Shown piece after piece: positions 1-13,459 of a DNA stretch of 64,000 bases; position 1 is the first letter of the stretch; each line of letters begins with the position of its first letter. Made by a program: the position numbers and the translations under genes. The notes below the pieces were generated by a model. That model made no database searches. It had not been told where the DNA came from and saw nothing but the letters and a program-made list of their open reading frames with translations. This stretch comes from Nemertoderma westbladi (lineage: Eukaryota > Animalia > Xenacoelomorpha), in assembly GCA_032718475.1 (NCBI GenBank), contig JAUCBJ010008100.1, positions 1 through 64,000 on the forward strand, read 5' to 3'.

Positions 1-477
1 TTATTTGGAATTAAAATTAATATACCTATACAGCTTCTATATACTGTGGTATCGATAAATTACATGAAGTTCAATGTTTCCATTCAATATTAGCAAATTT
101 ATTGGATCAATGGTGCTAATGGGCTCCACATGAAAGAGCATGGAAATTTAATACAAAGATGTATTTTATATATTTTTTTAAGTTATTTGAACTTTCCGTT
201 CCGTTTATATGACAATAACTATTGTAAATGGTTGTGATGCAACATAATATCAATTTGGGTAAAATATATGCTATGCAAATTTTGTTCAGTTATGATTGCA
301 CAATGCACAGCCAAGCCACTTGTTTATCAAAAGTTGGCCAAAAAAAGTAGCTTTGTTCTTTGAGAAAAGAGCTTTCGAATAAGCCAAACATAAACTTCGT
401 AGCACCGCCATAAATTGAGATTCTACATTGTGAAGATATCCGATAAGCATGAAGTCAATTCCGCATACTACCTCACA

Positions 478-1336
478 CCATACTACTACTACCTCCCTAT
501 ACTACTACTTCATCATACTATACTACTACTACCTCATACTATACTACTACTACCTCATACTATACTACTACTACCTCATACTATACTACTACTACCTCAT
601 ACTATACTACTACTACTACCTCATACTATACTACTACTACCTCATACTATACTACTACTACCTCATACTATACTACTACTACCTCATACTATACTACTAC
701 TACCTCATACTATACTACTACTACTACCTCATACTATACTACTACTACCTCATACTATACTACTACTACCTCATACTATACTACTACTACCTCATACTAT
801 ACTACTACTACCTCATACTATACTACTACTACCTCATACTATACTACTACTACTACCTCATACTATACTACTACTACCTCATACTATACTACTACTACCT
901 CATACTATACTACTACTACCTCATACTATACTACTACTACCTCATACTATACTACTACTACTACCTCATACTATACTACTACTACCTCATACTATACTAC
1001 TACTACCTCATACTATACTACTACTACCTCATACTATACTACTACTACCTCACACCATACTACTACTACCTCATACTATACTACTACTACCTCATACTAT
1101 ACTACTACTACCTCATACTATACTACTACTACTTCATACTATACTACTACTACCTCATACTATACTACTACTACCTCATACTATACTACTACTACCTCAT
1201 ACTATACTACTACTACTAGGATCGGCATGCTGCATTGCAGCTGCATTATTAAGAATGCTGTGCCGGCATACTATACTACTACTACCTCATACTATACTAC
1301 TACTACCTCATACTATACTACTACTACCTCATACTA
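478..1336. repeat. Minisatellite, 21-bp unit CTCATACTATACTACTACTAC with 24-bp variants
   Basis: Directly visible tandem array; it produces the spurious (LLLPHTI)n and (YYYYLIL)n ORFs. Interrupted at about 1217-1268 by an RTE 3'-end fragment. Confidence 0.97.
1217..1268 (-). mobile_element. Very short 3'-terminal fragment of an RTE-clade non-LTR retrotransposon
   Basis: TAGGATCGGCATGCTGCATTGCAGCTGCATTATTAAGAATGCTGTGCCGGC is nearly identical to the 3' end of the RTE copy at about 19937-19987. Confidence 0.85.
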
Positions 1337-2915
1337 TTTTTTTTAACTCTTAAGTCTCATTTATTCACATAGATAATAAAACGTTAGGCTAATGTTAAAC
1401 AATACCCACCACCAGCTGATGTTACTAGGCAACCAATGTAGGAGGGAAATTTAAAATGAAATCCTTTGCAGGCCCCCAACACAGTAACAGTCTCTACAGT
1501 GTATGGAGCATACTACTGTATTTACCCCACCCTACCGAACTGCGCCAACACCACAGGGTCTGAGTCTGCGTTAGCCAACCGGATCGATGAGTCGGTGACT
1601 GCCTCCCGCACCAGGTCGCCTAGCAGCCGAACGGTACCCGCGTAAAAACATTAAGGACGACCTGAGGAGGGAGAAACTGATTCGCCGACGTCAGGACGTA
1701 CCCATGAGACGCACTCCGGACAGGGAACCTGCCGTTTGTAGGACGACCTCACCGCCAGTCGTTTGACAAACTGATGGGCAGCTGGTGCCATTCCGCCGAA
1801 AGCTGAGACAATTAAGGGAGTGAAGGTGGAGTGTTCCACCTCGCGTAATCTATCCTTGTATTTCCGGCACTTCCTCGCCTCGTGGTGGAGATGAGCAGCA
1901 TCAATCGACATTGCCGCATTGGTGTCCGCCAGCGTGTTGAACACCAACACGTCGATAAACATTTTCTGGCAGCGATTGCCCCAGAATCCGATCAACGACA
2001 CGTCGAGCCGCGCCAGCTGGACTCTCCCGTTAGTGGTTGGAGCATCGGTTCGACTGCCACATTGTGGGCCACCTCGGTTAGGGTGTCGGCAACGAAATCG
2101 CGGATCTCGTTGTGTCTGATGGAGGGAAAACCTCCAGTGGGACATGACAGAACGTGGGTTGCAGAAAATCGGGACCCACAAACACAACGAGATGGCAGGT
2201 TCTTCGCCGACCAACCGTAGTGGAGACAAACAGCATCCCTAAACTCTCCTTTGGACAGGTGAGTGTCTTGCAGGGTGAGTGGTTTGGTGTTTAACCACGC
2301 AGACGCAACTTTTTCGGTAGTTAGTATAACCAAATTATGTTGGTCAGAACTTAATTGGTCATAAACCTCCTCCTTTTTAGCTTTTGCTACAACTGATGAA
2401 GAGATGGCTACTAACTTGGCTATGTGTGTCTGCTCCTCTCTCACCACTGCCATAGACTCACCTTCCAAGGAGGCAACCGGTTCGCAAATCCTCCGGGAAT
2501 ATTCGTACTGGGGCTGAAGATCAGCTGGTACAGGAATCCCTAGCCCACCATCGCGAACCGGGAGCGACATCAGTTGCCGTTCTACCGGTGTTATTGCTGG
2601 GCGGTCAAATATCCAAATATCCAGCACAGACACCTCCCTACGGACTCCAAATCAACCACCAAATCTGTCCATGGCTCCAGGGACAACACGCGCCAGAAAC
2701 CGCCACCGACAGGACAGACCGAATGCCAGTCTGGCGTATGCGCAATGTGGATCAACAGCGGCGATGGTAGCGAGTCGTTCCACGTCTGCGACAAACTCCT
2801 CGACTTTTTTGTTCGATGAAGTTGTTACGGAACTCCTCGGTGCCGATAACACCTCCCAGGAGTTTCTTACCAACCGAGTCGACTGTAAAATTGGTGTCCA
2901 CGAACATTACCTTTG
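1337..2915 (-). mobile_element. 5'-truncated CRE-like non-LTR retrotransposon (RT C-terminus, zinc finger, restriction-like endonuclease), frameshifted
   Basis: Minus-strand peptides SLPVRDGGLGI, SAWLNTKPL, CVCG...HVLSCPTGGFPSIRHNEIRD, VEPMLQPLTGE, ARLDV...FIDV, HEARKCRKY, FTPLI...GGM. The T8 run at 1337-1344 is the poly(A) tail. Flanked on both sides by the 21-bp minisatellite. Confidence 0.85.
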
Positions 2916-2924
2916 CTTCCTTTC

Positions 2925-3128
2925 CTACCTCATACTATACTACTACTACCTCATACTATACTACTACTACCTCATACTATACTACTACTACCTCATACTA
3001 TACTACTACTACCTCATACTATACTACTACTACCTCATACTATACTACTACTACCTCATACTATACAACTACTACCTCATACTATACTACTACTACCTCA
3101 TACTATACTACTACTACTACTACTACTA
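2925..3128. repeat. Continuation of the 21-bp minisatellite, ending in (CTA)n
   Basis: Same unit as 478-1336, about 9 copies, followed by a diverged RTE-tail-like sequence ATCGGCCAGCTGCATTGAAGCT. Confidence 0.95.
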
Positions 3129-3439
3129 TAATCGGCCAGCTGCATTGAAGCTCCACCTCACCTGCTACATAGAAAGGTGGCTTACAGTCTGAAATATAAT
3201 TCCGAGAAAAACGCAATTAAAAATAGTGTACATTTTTTTGAATTTATTTAGGATTAATCGCTGTTTCAGTCCAGATACAATTGCTATGTTAAAAGGTGGT
3301 TTACAGTCTACCATACAGATATATTTGGCGGGAAATTTAAAACTTTTTTGAGCTGTTTACAGTTTATTGTACACATTTTATTCAGTCTGACAGTGTGCAG
3401 TGTGCAGTGTGCATTGTTATTTAGTTATCACGTAATTGA

Positions 3440-4500
3440 ATGATGGATCTGTACCAGTCAGAATTAGATGATTTAGACGTGTTGTATGCTATTAATACTG
3501 ATGTTGTTAATGCTACAGATCCAGATGAAATTATTGACGATACAATTATCAACGGTGTCATTACCTTAAGCGATGTTACTATAAATAATGTGAACAATAT
3601 AGTGAGATTTAATGATTGCGAGGATCTGGAACCCATTGTTAGCTTTGATAGAAGTGTTTTTGATGAAAATGAAGATCAAACAGTTAATACATTTTTAGAA
3701 AATGGATGTATCCCCAACTGTTCACTTGGGGTGGATGGTAAACAATGTAGTTCAATGTTTTCTAAAGATCGTTTTCTATCGCTAAGGAATAATTATCCTG
3801 AACTGACTTTGGAACAGCTAGATATTGTTATGCTGTCACATTTAGAGTCATCACGTCAGCAGCACGAATTTAACCATGAATATTCTAAACTGCTCTATGC
3901 AGAAGGAAAAGTGAGGGGCACTGAGCGACATTGGAATAAATTCCGATATGCTGGATTGGCAATTTGTAAAGAAACTTTCAAATTTATACATGGCATCGGG
4001 AAAAAACGATTTGAATTGTTGGTAAAACACTTTGATGAGTTTGGTGTTCAAATACGTGTGCATGGATTAATTGGAAAGTCCGGCAATAGATCAAAGAACA
4101 GTGAATTTAATCAAGTTGATCTTGTCGTGAGTGCTAAACGGTATGTCGAAAATATTGCAGACAATACTGCAATACCATTACCAGGTCGGCTCCCTGGAGT
4201 TAAAGATTTTTCATTGGTCCAGTTACCCAGTGCTTTAACTAAAAAAGAGGTCTATCGCAGATACATTGTTAGTTGCATTGAATCATATAAACCATCAGTA
4301 AACCAAGATCTTTTACCAAGATTTGGCGAACATATACACCACACATTTGTACTATGAAGCAAATGTCAGACCTCTGTGAGATCTGCAAGAGGAATGGTCT
4401 ACTGATCATACGAAGTGTGGCTTTCCCAGAAGAAGTTCGTGTTGAAAAACTGAACATTGCAAAGGAACACATCGAAACGGCTAACCATCAACGGGAGTTT
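3440..4500 (+). pseudogene. N-terminal part of a DNA transposase, probably Sola-like; frameshifted and truncated
   Basis: 305-aa ORF with CKETFKFIHGIGKKRF, HGLIGK, AIPLPGRLPG and LPSALTKKEVY; the next frame gives KIWRTYTPHICTMKQMSDLCEIC. These resemble Sola-type transposases from memory; no catalytic core is seen. Confidence 0.55.
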
Positions 4501-4614
4501 TAGAGTCGGTTTTAGTCAACAGTTTAGTAACAAACCCCATAGGTTCTCGAGGTCCTCGAGATGCTATGTTGAGTTTATAAAAAAATATTTGTGCCACCAC
4601 TATGCAATCCACAA

Positions 4615-4860
4615 ATGACATGCTCTAATACAGCATGTATTAAGAATGCTGTGCAGTCTTATCGACAAAATTGCACCGCCACAACTCCCTATCTACCATG
4701 ACTTCTGCGAGATTATCCACATCTTCAAGGCCAGTGTTCTTTAAGAGGCGTCTCAAGAAGAATGTCATGGGCTATCCACCATGCTTATTTTCTCCATGGG
4801 GCTGCCAAAGCACAAGATTGTGCACAGGCTGGTCCTCACGGCGAAAATATGCGCACACTG
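4615..4860 (-). mobile_element. Diverged RTE 3' fragment
   Basis: Alignable with 19950-20180 (TTAAGAATGCTGTG...ATCGACAAAATTGCACCGCCACAACTCCCTATC). Confidence 0.85.
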
Positions 4861-4989
4861 TGATCTGTATGATTGACTTTTGTTTATTGTTTTGGTTAGA
4901 ATGACGTGACTCCTTTCCATTAATTAATCATTTACCATTGAGATGAGATATTAATTCGCCAAGAAGGAATTTGCTCAAAATGTCTTCCT

Positions 4990-6080
4990 CTGCAATTTGT
5001 CATATCTCATTATGAGTGAGGGCTAAATGGGTTCAGAGTTAAGCCGCTCTCGTCTGGTATTATATATAATAATGAAACTTCAGACGAATTAGTCTGAGAA
5101 TCATAATGCAATGGTAGGAGATTGATTACATTGCATTAGATATGAATCATATTTTATTTACACTAGTTCTAATTTCGTGGACTGTTGTTGTATATCTGGG
5201 CAAATATTTATTATGTTATGTAATATAGGGATGTATTTTATAGATAGAACAGAAGTTTGAATAAAAATTAATATACTTATTTAAATATTTTTTAAAATAC
5301 TGAGACAGATTGCTGTTTAAGTGAGGTTAGTCTATCCTTGTCCGTTCTAGAGTGTAAACAACAGTTTGTTGAGCTAGAAAACCAAACTGAATGCTGTTTA
5401 TCTGACGGAATGGGTATTGTTTACAAATGCGGTGAGCAGATAGAGAGAGAATGGATCCTTGAACTGTATATATGAACTGTATATATTGTGTATTTTTATT
5501 GATTTTATTATAGCATATATAGTTATCAAGGTTTTTGACACCACCTTTGTTCTTGTATAGTATTTTTATAGTACTTTCTTTCAAGAGTGATGGTATTTTG
5601 CCTGGTTGTTTGTGATTTAAGGAGAATGGAAGTAAGTGGTAGATTTATTAATTAATGGAATCGGATGTTTTAGATGTTCATAGAATAAGGATTTGGTCGA
5701 TATGTTTTGCTGTTCTTTGAGTTTCATGCCGATTGTAAACTTTCTTTGGGATTAAAAATGTCTCATTGTGCCAATCGGGAAGTTTCTTTCAGAATCTCAG
5801 AAGAAACACAATTTTGGGCAATCCAGAGACACGGCACATTTGCATTTGCACATTTGTATGTAATTTAAGTGACACTGCTTCTATTGGAGTCTTCTATATG
5901 GAGACTTTGTATTCGGTTTCTCTAGTAGTGAGTATTCCTCACGTTTTGCTTTTATTATTTGCTTATATTGTTTTCAGAGGTCCTAGTATTATTTTTATTG
6001 GAAGTAGATAGTTCGCGATTGCTGACATTAGAGTTTGTTTGGTCTGTCAACACTCAGCATCATACAATTGTTTTCCGACA
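4990..6080. repeat. Block homologous to 57965-59215 (upstream part of the ACSBG duplication unit, or an unclassified interspersed repeat)
   Basis: Shared segments such as GTCTGGTATTATA...TAATGAAAC-TCAGACGAATTAGT (5052 vs 58027) and GTGAGTATTCCTC...GACATTAGAGTTTGTTTGGTCTGT (5928 vs 59046), same orientation. Confidence 0.75.
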
Positions 6081-7329
6081 TGCAGGATGGATTTCTTAAG
6101 AGAGATCGAGTCAATTATAGTTTCTAACAGTTAATGTCATTGGGTCTAAGTGTATCCTATCCCTAATTTTTCCAGTGAAGATGTTCGGATGGGCATGAAG
6201 TTAGCCAGTGTTGATATTTCGACCGAATAGTGGAGGTCAACTGCGATTAATGGTTCACCCGATATCTGTTGTCACAGTTACTCCATAGTGTTTCCATATG
6301 GGATTGTTCACAATCGATTATTATATCAACTTATTAAGGTTAAGTCTATACAATACAGCATTCCACTAGTGTAAATATGTCGGTTATGTTCGATTGTTCA
6401 GCAAGATGCAGCCCAGATTACTTGGATGGTCAGTCTATTTTGAGTCGTGGTCGCCGGAGTCAAGGCAGCAATAATTATTGACGCTGTCGGTTATGAGATG
6501 TGCAAAAGTTGCCAAATGGGAAAAAATTGAGGTAAACAAAATTATCTCAATTTCGTCTATATCTTGATAGATCCAAAAGAGGTTGAAATTTTGAGCCTTC
6601 GTGATTCACACAATGAAATTGATAACAATATAACACATTAATGAAAGATCAATGACTCAAGAAAGAACTTCCTGCATGCATCAAATGTCATCAACTGTGG
6701 GATCAAGGGAACAACTGCCACAGGCACATGGCCAGAACCTACCCTTTGGTGCACCTACCCTTATTCTCAATTTTTGTCATGGACAACTTCTAGTTCTCCC
6801 AGTGCTCATTAGAACTGCGATGATCGCTTTAGTAGGGATAGACACGTGTAGAGCAAATAGTTCTTGAGATATTGCAGAAAACATGAAGTCTGGCATAAGT
6901 CAACATTACCACCTTGATGCGATATAGACAAATACACTAAAACTGAAACATCTCAAGGCATCAAGAATAGACACATCACAGAAATTATCGATATAGTGGG
7001 TGTAGACACCTTCAAAACAAGAGTAGAGTGATTAGTTCTTGATTTATTGAGTTATTCTATTTTTTTTATTTCAATAATTATAAATTCTGTTTCTTTTCTT
7101 ATTAGAATTGGAACGAGTTTTGGGTTTCAGAGGATGACAAGCCCTGATAATGTGCAACCCCTTTTGCTGGTTTACTTGCTGGTTGTATATAGGTGTAATA
7201 ATTGAATATTGCATGCATTGTAGGTTTAATGTAGTGTTTCTGTTAGCAGTAACCAATTAAATTAAGTTAAACTGCAGTGCCGGGTGTGGCAGTGCTGATT
7301 GACTATTTGTAGACAAACCGTTATCTAGC

Positions 7330-7530
7330 GGGGCCTCATGGAGTGAATAAGCATGGTGGACAGCCGATGACTTTCTTGAGACGCATCTTGAAGGACACAG
7401 GTCTTGAAGATTCTATTGATCTAGCAAATGTCATGGGTGATATGGAGTTGTGCCAGTGCAATTTTGTTGACAAGCCGGCACAGCATTCTTAATATTTATG
7501 CAATATATGTAATGCAGATGCAATACAGCA
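7330..7530 (+). mobile_element. Diverged RTE 3' fragment
   Basis: Reverse-complement match to 19940-20130 (CCTCATGGAGTGAATAAGCATGGTGGACAGCC...GACAAGCCGGCACAGCATTCTTAA). Confidence 0.85.
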
Positions 7531-7984
7531 TGCCAATAGTCGTAGAAATAGTCTTCAATTCAATTCAAATAACTTTATTTTCCTTCACTTATGACAATAG
7601 CATATATAACGGCACCGGCAATAGCATAGCTAGTAAAGCCAAGACCATTACAAATGATATAACATGTCATTCTTAACGAACTCATGGCCTGTTGTCCACC
7701 TTGCTTTTCTCCATGAGGTTGCCAAAGCACAGGATGGTGTCATTGCAGGATTTTGTTCTACCTCATGGTGAAAGCAATGTCCTGGAAAGGAGGTGAGGCT
7801 GATAAGAGAGGAAGGAGGTGAGGCTGATAACAAAGTAGAAATAGTATGGGAGGGACATCCAGCTTATAGCATAGGCAATAATATAGAATAGGCAAACATA
7901 GGCTATAATGTAGTGAGGGTGGATTGTGGGGGGGGGGGGGGTGGGATGGAGATAGCTACTAATAACACGTTTTAACAACCACTA

Positions 7985-9750
7985 GGTTCACATTACGTCC
8001 AATGCTACGCTTATTACTTTACAACTACCCACCCCTCTACAATATCGCCTTCCTCTCTTATGCAGAACCCTCTTTCCTCTTCTTCAGTAAAGACATTATC
8101 CTTTCAGAAAATGGAAGCCAACAGGGTGACCTGCTCTCCTTTCTCTTTTTCAGCAGTGACATACATGGGATTGTGGAAATGATCGACATAACCCTGAACA
8201 TCTTTTTTCCTTGATTACAGTTCCCTGGGTGGTCCAGTCAACTCTGTTATCAACAACTTAAGGACAGTCATCTGGGAGACAGCTAAACTGGGCCTTAGTA
8301 TCAAGCCAACTAAATGCGAGCTCATCTTTTCAAAACATTTCCCCAAAGACCTCAAGAATTCCACCCTAGCCTCCTTCGAAACAGTCACACCCAGGATCAG
8401 GTGCTTCAATCATGACGAAGCTATCCTTCTATGCCCACCCCTTGGGAGCAAGGCTATTGAATCTGCCCGACATCAAAAACAATCAGAACTCATTACCTTC
8501 TCCAAACGTATGCTCTCTATCTCCCGAGGCAATGCTTTTCCATTCCTAAACTTATGTACACACTTTGCTGTGCACTGTGCTTCACTTCACCTCCCCATAC
8601 ATCCCTTGAAATTGCGCTCAATGTCCAGTTAGAGTACCATACTTGGAGCCAAGCATCTCTCCCTATAGCTCTCGGTGGCCTCAGGGTCAGGTGTATGAGG
8701 GACATTTCTATACCGGCCTTCATGGCCTCATTCTCAGGATGCATGCCCTACTCCAAGCCCTTCTCCAGTCAACAATCTCTGAGACTCCTAACCCCTGGAC
8801 TAGCCTACCTCTTGGAGCCCTTCCACCCGGCTTTGAACCACCCACCAACATGTCACTCCAAAAAGACTGGTGCAACCCACTAGATGTTGCAACCTCTCAG
8901 AAGATTTTAAATAATGCCACTTACACATCTGACTAGGCTCCCCTCCTAGCCTTAGTTGCTGACCAAACAAGCAATTGGCTTTATGCCCTCCCTGTATCCT
9001 CATTAAGTCTCCACCTCAACAATGATCAACTCTGTGTTGGGTTAGCCCTGCGCCTTCGAGCTCCAATATGTGTCAAACACAACTGTAGAGGCTGTGGTAT
9101 CTGAGTAGACAGTAAGGCCACCCATGGCTTCTCCTGCATCCACAACTATGGCAAGTTCACTCATTCGGAGACTAATGACATCATTATCGGGGCACTTGCC
9201 TTTGCAGGAGTGGTCTCCACCCTTGTACCTCAGGGTTTAATGAGGGATGACAAAAAATCAGATTGCATGACCCTTGTATCTTGGTCGACCAGTAAACCAC
9301 TAGTCTGGGAGTTCACCTGCTGTGACACCCTAGAGCCTTCCCACCTCCCAGCAACTTCAATCTCTGCTGGAGCTGCAGCTTCCAATGCCGAAACTCTGAA
9401 AGTAAACAAGTACACCGACCTGCAGCAAACCACCACTTTGCTACCATCGCCTTCAAAACACTCGTCCCCATTGGCTGTGTAGGTATAATGATCCTTAGGG
9501 AGATTGGTGGACAGATCGCCTCAAAGATGGAAGAACCAAGAGCAACATCTTTCCTTTTCCAACATGTCCAACATCACATCTTTCCTAATGATGGCAATTG
9601 TGCATGGCAGTGCCAGTGCTGTCCTCTGGTACCCTCCCTGCTCATACCAACCTCCATGAGTTCCACCTGTTGTAGACCCCTTGTCCTTTTCATCCCTCCT
9701 CCCCCTTTGGTTGTCCATCCATATCCAGCCTTATCCCTTCTGCTTCATAA
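7985..9750 (+). mobile_element. Degraded CRE-like non-LTR retrotransposon (RT plus restriction-like endonuclease), second family
   Basis: Peptides GSQQGDLLSFLFF (QGDPL-like), WSQASLPIALGGL, and MTLVSWSTSKPLVWEFTCCDTLEPSH...AGAAASNAETLKVNKY; many stops and frameshifts. Confidence 0.75.
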
Positions 9751-9989
9751 TTAAATTCCATGCACAGTTTCCAATGCACAGATCCCATCCAATTATGGAG
9801 TTTGCTTTGTCTAGTTGTCTTTTTGTATACTTTACAGTTCTAGAAATTATTGTATTAATTTTTACTGGTAATAATGTCTTGTGATTAACTTATTCCCATG
9901 TCTTGCTACTATTTATATGATTTATAATTCTAATATTTTACGCTTATATTCGTGCAGTGCACTTTTTACTAAACAATCCTGGTCAGACA

Positions 9990-10610
9990 TACCCCTCCGC
10001 CGGGTGAGGTTGCCTTTGAGTACAGTGGAGTCCGCCTTGCCCAATGTGACATTGACTCGCTAAATAGGGAGGCATGGTTGACTGACAACATAGTCCACAC
10101 CGTTCTCTGCTTGCTCACCATCCAAAGAATGTGAAGGTCTTCAGCCACCATTTCTACAACCTCTATGTAACTCCAAAAAGGTGGTTATAAGTTGGTGGAA
10201 TGGTTGACGAGGAGCTGCAACATCCTCAACAGCAATATCATAAAGAGGTCATTGGCCAGTTGTGGAGTTACACCCACCTGGAACCACTTCGGGTCTTTTT
10301 TCGAAGCGATGGGAATTGCATTGATGGGGTGAAAACCATACCATGGAACCGCTTGTAACCCAACAGTCTGGGACTCGCTCGCACCCAGTCACAAGTTAGC
10401 CCAGTGGAGGACAGCGGAAGTGGAAGATGCCAAATCTCATAAATACAAGGAGCTGGTGAAGTGAGGCCACATATTCTGTCCTATAGCCTTTGACACCTTC
10501 GGATGGCACAGCACTGAGACAGTGGTATTCCTGAAGAAGATCAGACTCAAGACTCTAGTGCTACTACCTCAGAACCCAGTTCCCACCATTTTCTCCTTCA
10601 GCGTCTATCC
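9990..10610 (+). mobile_element. Highly degraded CRE-like endonuclease-domain fragment
   Basis: Remnants such as IIKRSLAS...EP, DGVKTIPW, WDSLAPSH and AKSHKYKEL parallel the 9170-9560 region. Confidence 0.5.
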
Positions 10611-11156
10611 TAATTTTTTATTTATTTATTTTATTTATTTATTCCGTTTACATTACCTATTGCAGTTTATATTTTTTCTAACTCAGTATTTAGTGGAACT
10701 CAGAATTCAGTACCTCCATTTACATCGATTTAGTGCACTCCAATTCTAGTATCACCACTTGACACCAGGTCTATGTTAATTACATTCTGGCTTTTTAGAA
10801 AATCTCTCTTCACAATTTTTAATGATTTGTTTACAGTACCGGTACTTCAGTGTTATCAGTTTTAACAACCACTTTTACCTCATTACTTTATTTAGATTGC
10901 TGCAGCTTTATTTAATTATCTGATATAAATAAAAATTAATTATTTAAAGATAAATTAACCATCATCACATTAGGCCATCAATATATTTTGAATATTAATT
11001 ATTGCCTGGTAAAACAAACCAAGAGAATATTTATGAATATTATAAACTAGTGCTATACAGTGGATTACTAGAGTAGAAAAATGGTTTTTGGGTTTGTGAA
11101 ACATGTTTGCAGATACAAACTATTCAAAAGTAGAGCCAGTATTGGTATCCAATATT

Positions 11157-11689
11157 TACGGAGCCCCTAAAGGGATATGGTTTTCCCCTTTTTTTTCCTA
11201 AGTCTACCCTGGAGATACTATCTCAAGCCCGGAGATCTCAAGTCCGGGCTTTAGATACTACTCAGACCCGTATATACTATCTCCAGCTCGGGAATACTAT
11301 CTCAGGCCTGGAGATAATAAGTCAGGCCTAGAGATACTATCGATCTCCTATCTCACAAATTGAAATGTGAAATTCAATGTCCATGTTCCCGCCAAGATGT
11401 CTGTACTTGTAGAACAGCCATTGATCTGAAATTATGAACCCAGTTAGCTTATTGGCTGCAACTTGTTTATGTTGATTGGTGTATCAGTGCTATGAACCTG
11501 TTCTGTATTTTATCTCTGAGCCAGACTTAGTTTCTCCAGGCTGTAGATAGTATCTCAGGGCCTGAGATAGTATCTCTGGGCCAGACTTAGTATCTCTGAG
11601 ATGGAGATAGTATCTCAGGGCCGGACTTAGTATCTCCGGGCCAGACTTAGAAAAAAAGGGGATACATATGTCACTTTAGGGGCTCTGTA
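11157..11689. mobile_element. Non-autonomous TIR element (IS3EU-like MITE)
   Basis: TIRs TACGGAGCCCCTAAAG / CTTTAGGGGCTCTGTA; 6-bp TSD AATATT (11151-11156, 11690-11695); inverted arrays of ~20-bp GAGATACTATCTC-type subterminal repeats. TAY termini with a 6-bp TSD fit IS3EU. Confidence 0.75.
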
Positions 11690-12044
11690 AATATTGGTTA
11701 ATGTAACTGAGATGCTCTGTACTTACATAATAAATATTCAAGAACATTACATTGAATTTAGCAACATCAGGAGTTGAAGAGTATGTAAAAAAATGTTTAT
11801 AGGATTAGCCCTAAAGCGTTACAGCTTATTTCCAAGAAAATTTTTACACAAAATTACTACCCTAACTTAAACTAATATAAATCGTAATTACTCTACATAC
11901 ATCCTTTACCGAGAGTGTGGCAATGCCTGACTCAATGTCAATGATAAAAATGTAACTATGTAACTATGTACAGTACAATTGATAAAACATAATTACAGGA
12001 TACAGAAAATTACGAATAACCTAATAAATTACTGTAGTACTATA

Positions 12045-12285
12045 CTATACTACTACTAGGTCAAGTGAGCTCGGGTAATAGAAATGAGATTCTCCATAGT
12101 TGTCGCAATTTCGTTTCTCTCAAGTTCAGTATCCCTTTCAAGTTGATCTATATATGTTATGGCTGGTCGTCCACGACTACGCTATCCATGAGTTGGTTGC
12201 CAGAAAAGTAGATCTGTTATGACCTCGTGTTTACTTCTCCAGCAGTGCCAAACTGAATGTTAATTTAAGTTCACGGAGGGTGGTT
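12045..12285 (-). mobile_element. RTE 3' fragment of a second family with a (TAG)n-type tail
   Basis: Minus-strand peptide HCWRSKHEVITDLLFWQPTHG*RSRGRPAITYIDQLERDT; tail TATACTACTACTAGG on the plus strand. Confidence 0.7.
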
Positions 12286-13199
12286 GATCACCTATTTAAG
12301 ACGGTTTGAAAAAACAAAGTACAGTAGTAGATGTCTGACTTAATCAAGTATGTGGTACAGTAGCAAGTCCCTTTCCATCAGCTATCATAATCCAATAATC
12401 AGACAATTAGTTTAGTTTAACATTTATTTTATTGAACAACGAAATTCACACAATTGGGCAATAAGCCACAATGCGTATAAGCACCTTTTGGGAGCTTAAT
12501 CAGCACTATTGAGCTATTAGTCCTACCCCTCATCACCCTCATTAACTAAAAATTGGCAAACAAAATCAGAATATTGCTTGTAAGAATGTCGGCAAATCTA
12601 TAATAACATCTCTTGAGGAAATTAAGATGAATATGGCGCTTATACCTAAATAATTGGTCAACTAAATGATCTACCTGCTGAGAAAACAAGTCTGAAACTA
12701 CCGGATTGTGATATATATCAGTGTATTGGTCCATATAATACAATGGGACGATGCAAATCCAAATCCATCACGTGATTATGGTTCAACCCATTTGAGAAAC
12801 CACCCCGGCCCATTCTTGTAAAGTTCTTGGGAAACCGAATCAGAGAATAGTTGCCCGTGCGAATAAGCTAAATATAAAACCTGCGTATCTTACAGAACAT
12901 CTCACGCCAGATTGTTCGGCTATCCTTAACCAGCTGAAAATATTTAAGAAACAAAACCACATTTCTTCCATGCAGTCTATATGAGGAACATATAGAGGAA
13001 TATATATATATATATATATATCAAGATGACCGAACAATCGCAACAATAACTCATTGTTCACAAGATGGCCAATGATGTCATAGGGATAAACACTCCGCCT
13101 AACCTTAATGGTGATATTTTCGAGTTCATTCCCCAACAACAATAGAGCGTATAATTGAATTGAAAAAACCTTGCAGTATGCTAGCCAGGATTGAGAGAA

Positions 13200-13459
13200 C
13201 ACATTTTTACCATCTGGTGAGAGTACCTGAGCTTCTGTCCCACAAAATAACAGTCCAATGCTATCGTCATGACTGATATTTCATAAAGATTTAGGATTTC
13301 CAGCATTTTTCCTCTACGTATAGAGGCGAATGCTTTTTCGATGTCCACAAATGTCCGAACTGCAGGAAGGACTGACAAAATCCCTGACATAATCCTTTCC
13401 TCCATCCTCACTATTGCTAGTATATGAGCTATTATTGATAACTTTGCAATGGTGTCCAT
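13200..13459 (-). pseudogene. Non-LTR reverse transcriptase fragment (RTE-like)
   Basis: FVDIEKAFASIRRGKMLEILNLYEI resembles the FxDFxKAFDS...M..IL..YG motif of LINE RTs. Confidence 0.6.

Noticed and set aside
478-1336. Telomeric repeat interpretation of the C-rich array
   Set aside because: It is internal, with unique DNA to its left, and is better explained by RTE tails; chromosome position is unknown.
415-1353. 312-aa and 256-aa ORFs of (LLLPHTI)n and (YYYYLIL)n
   Set aside because: By-products of a stop-free 21/24-bp tandem repeat; no evidence of coding function.
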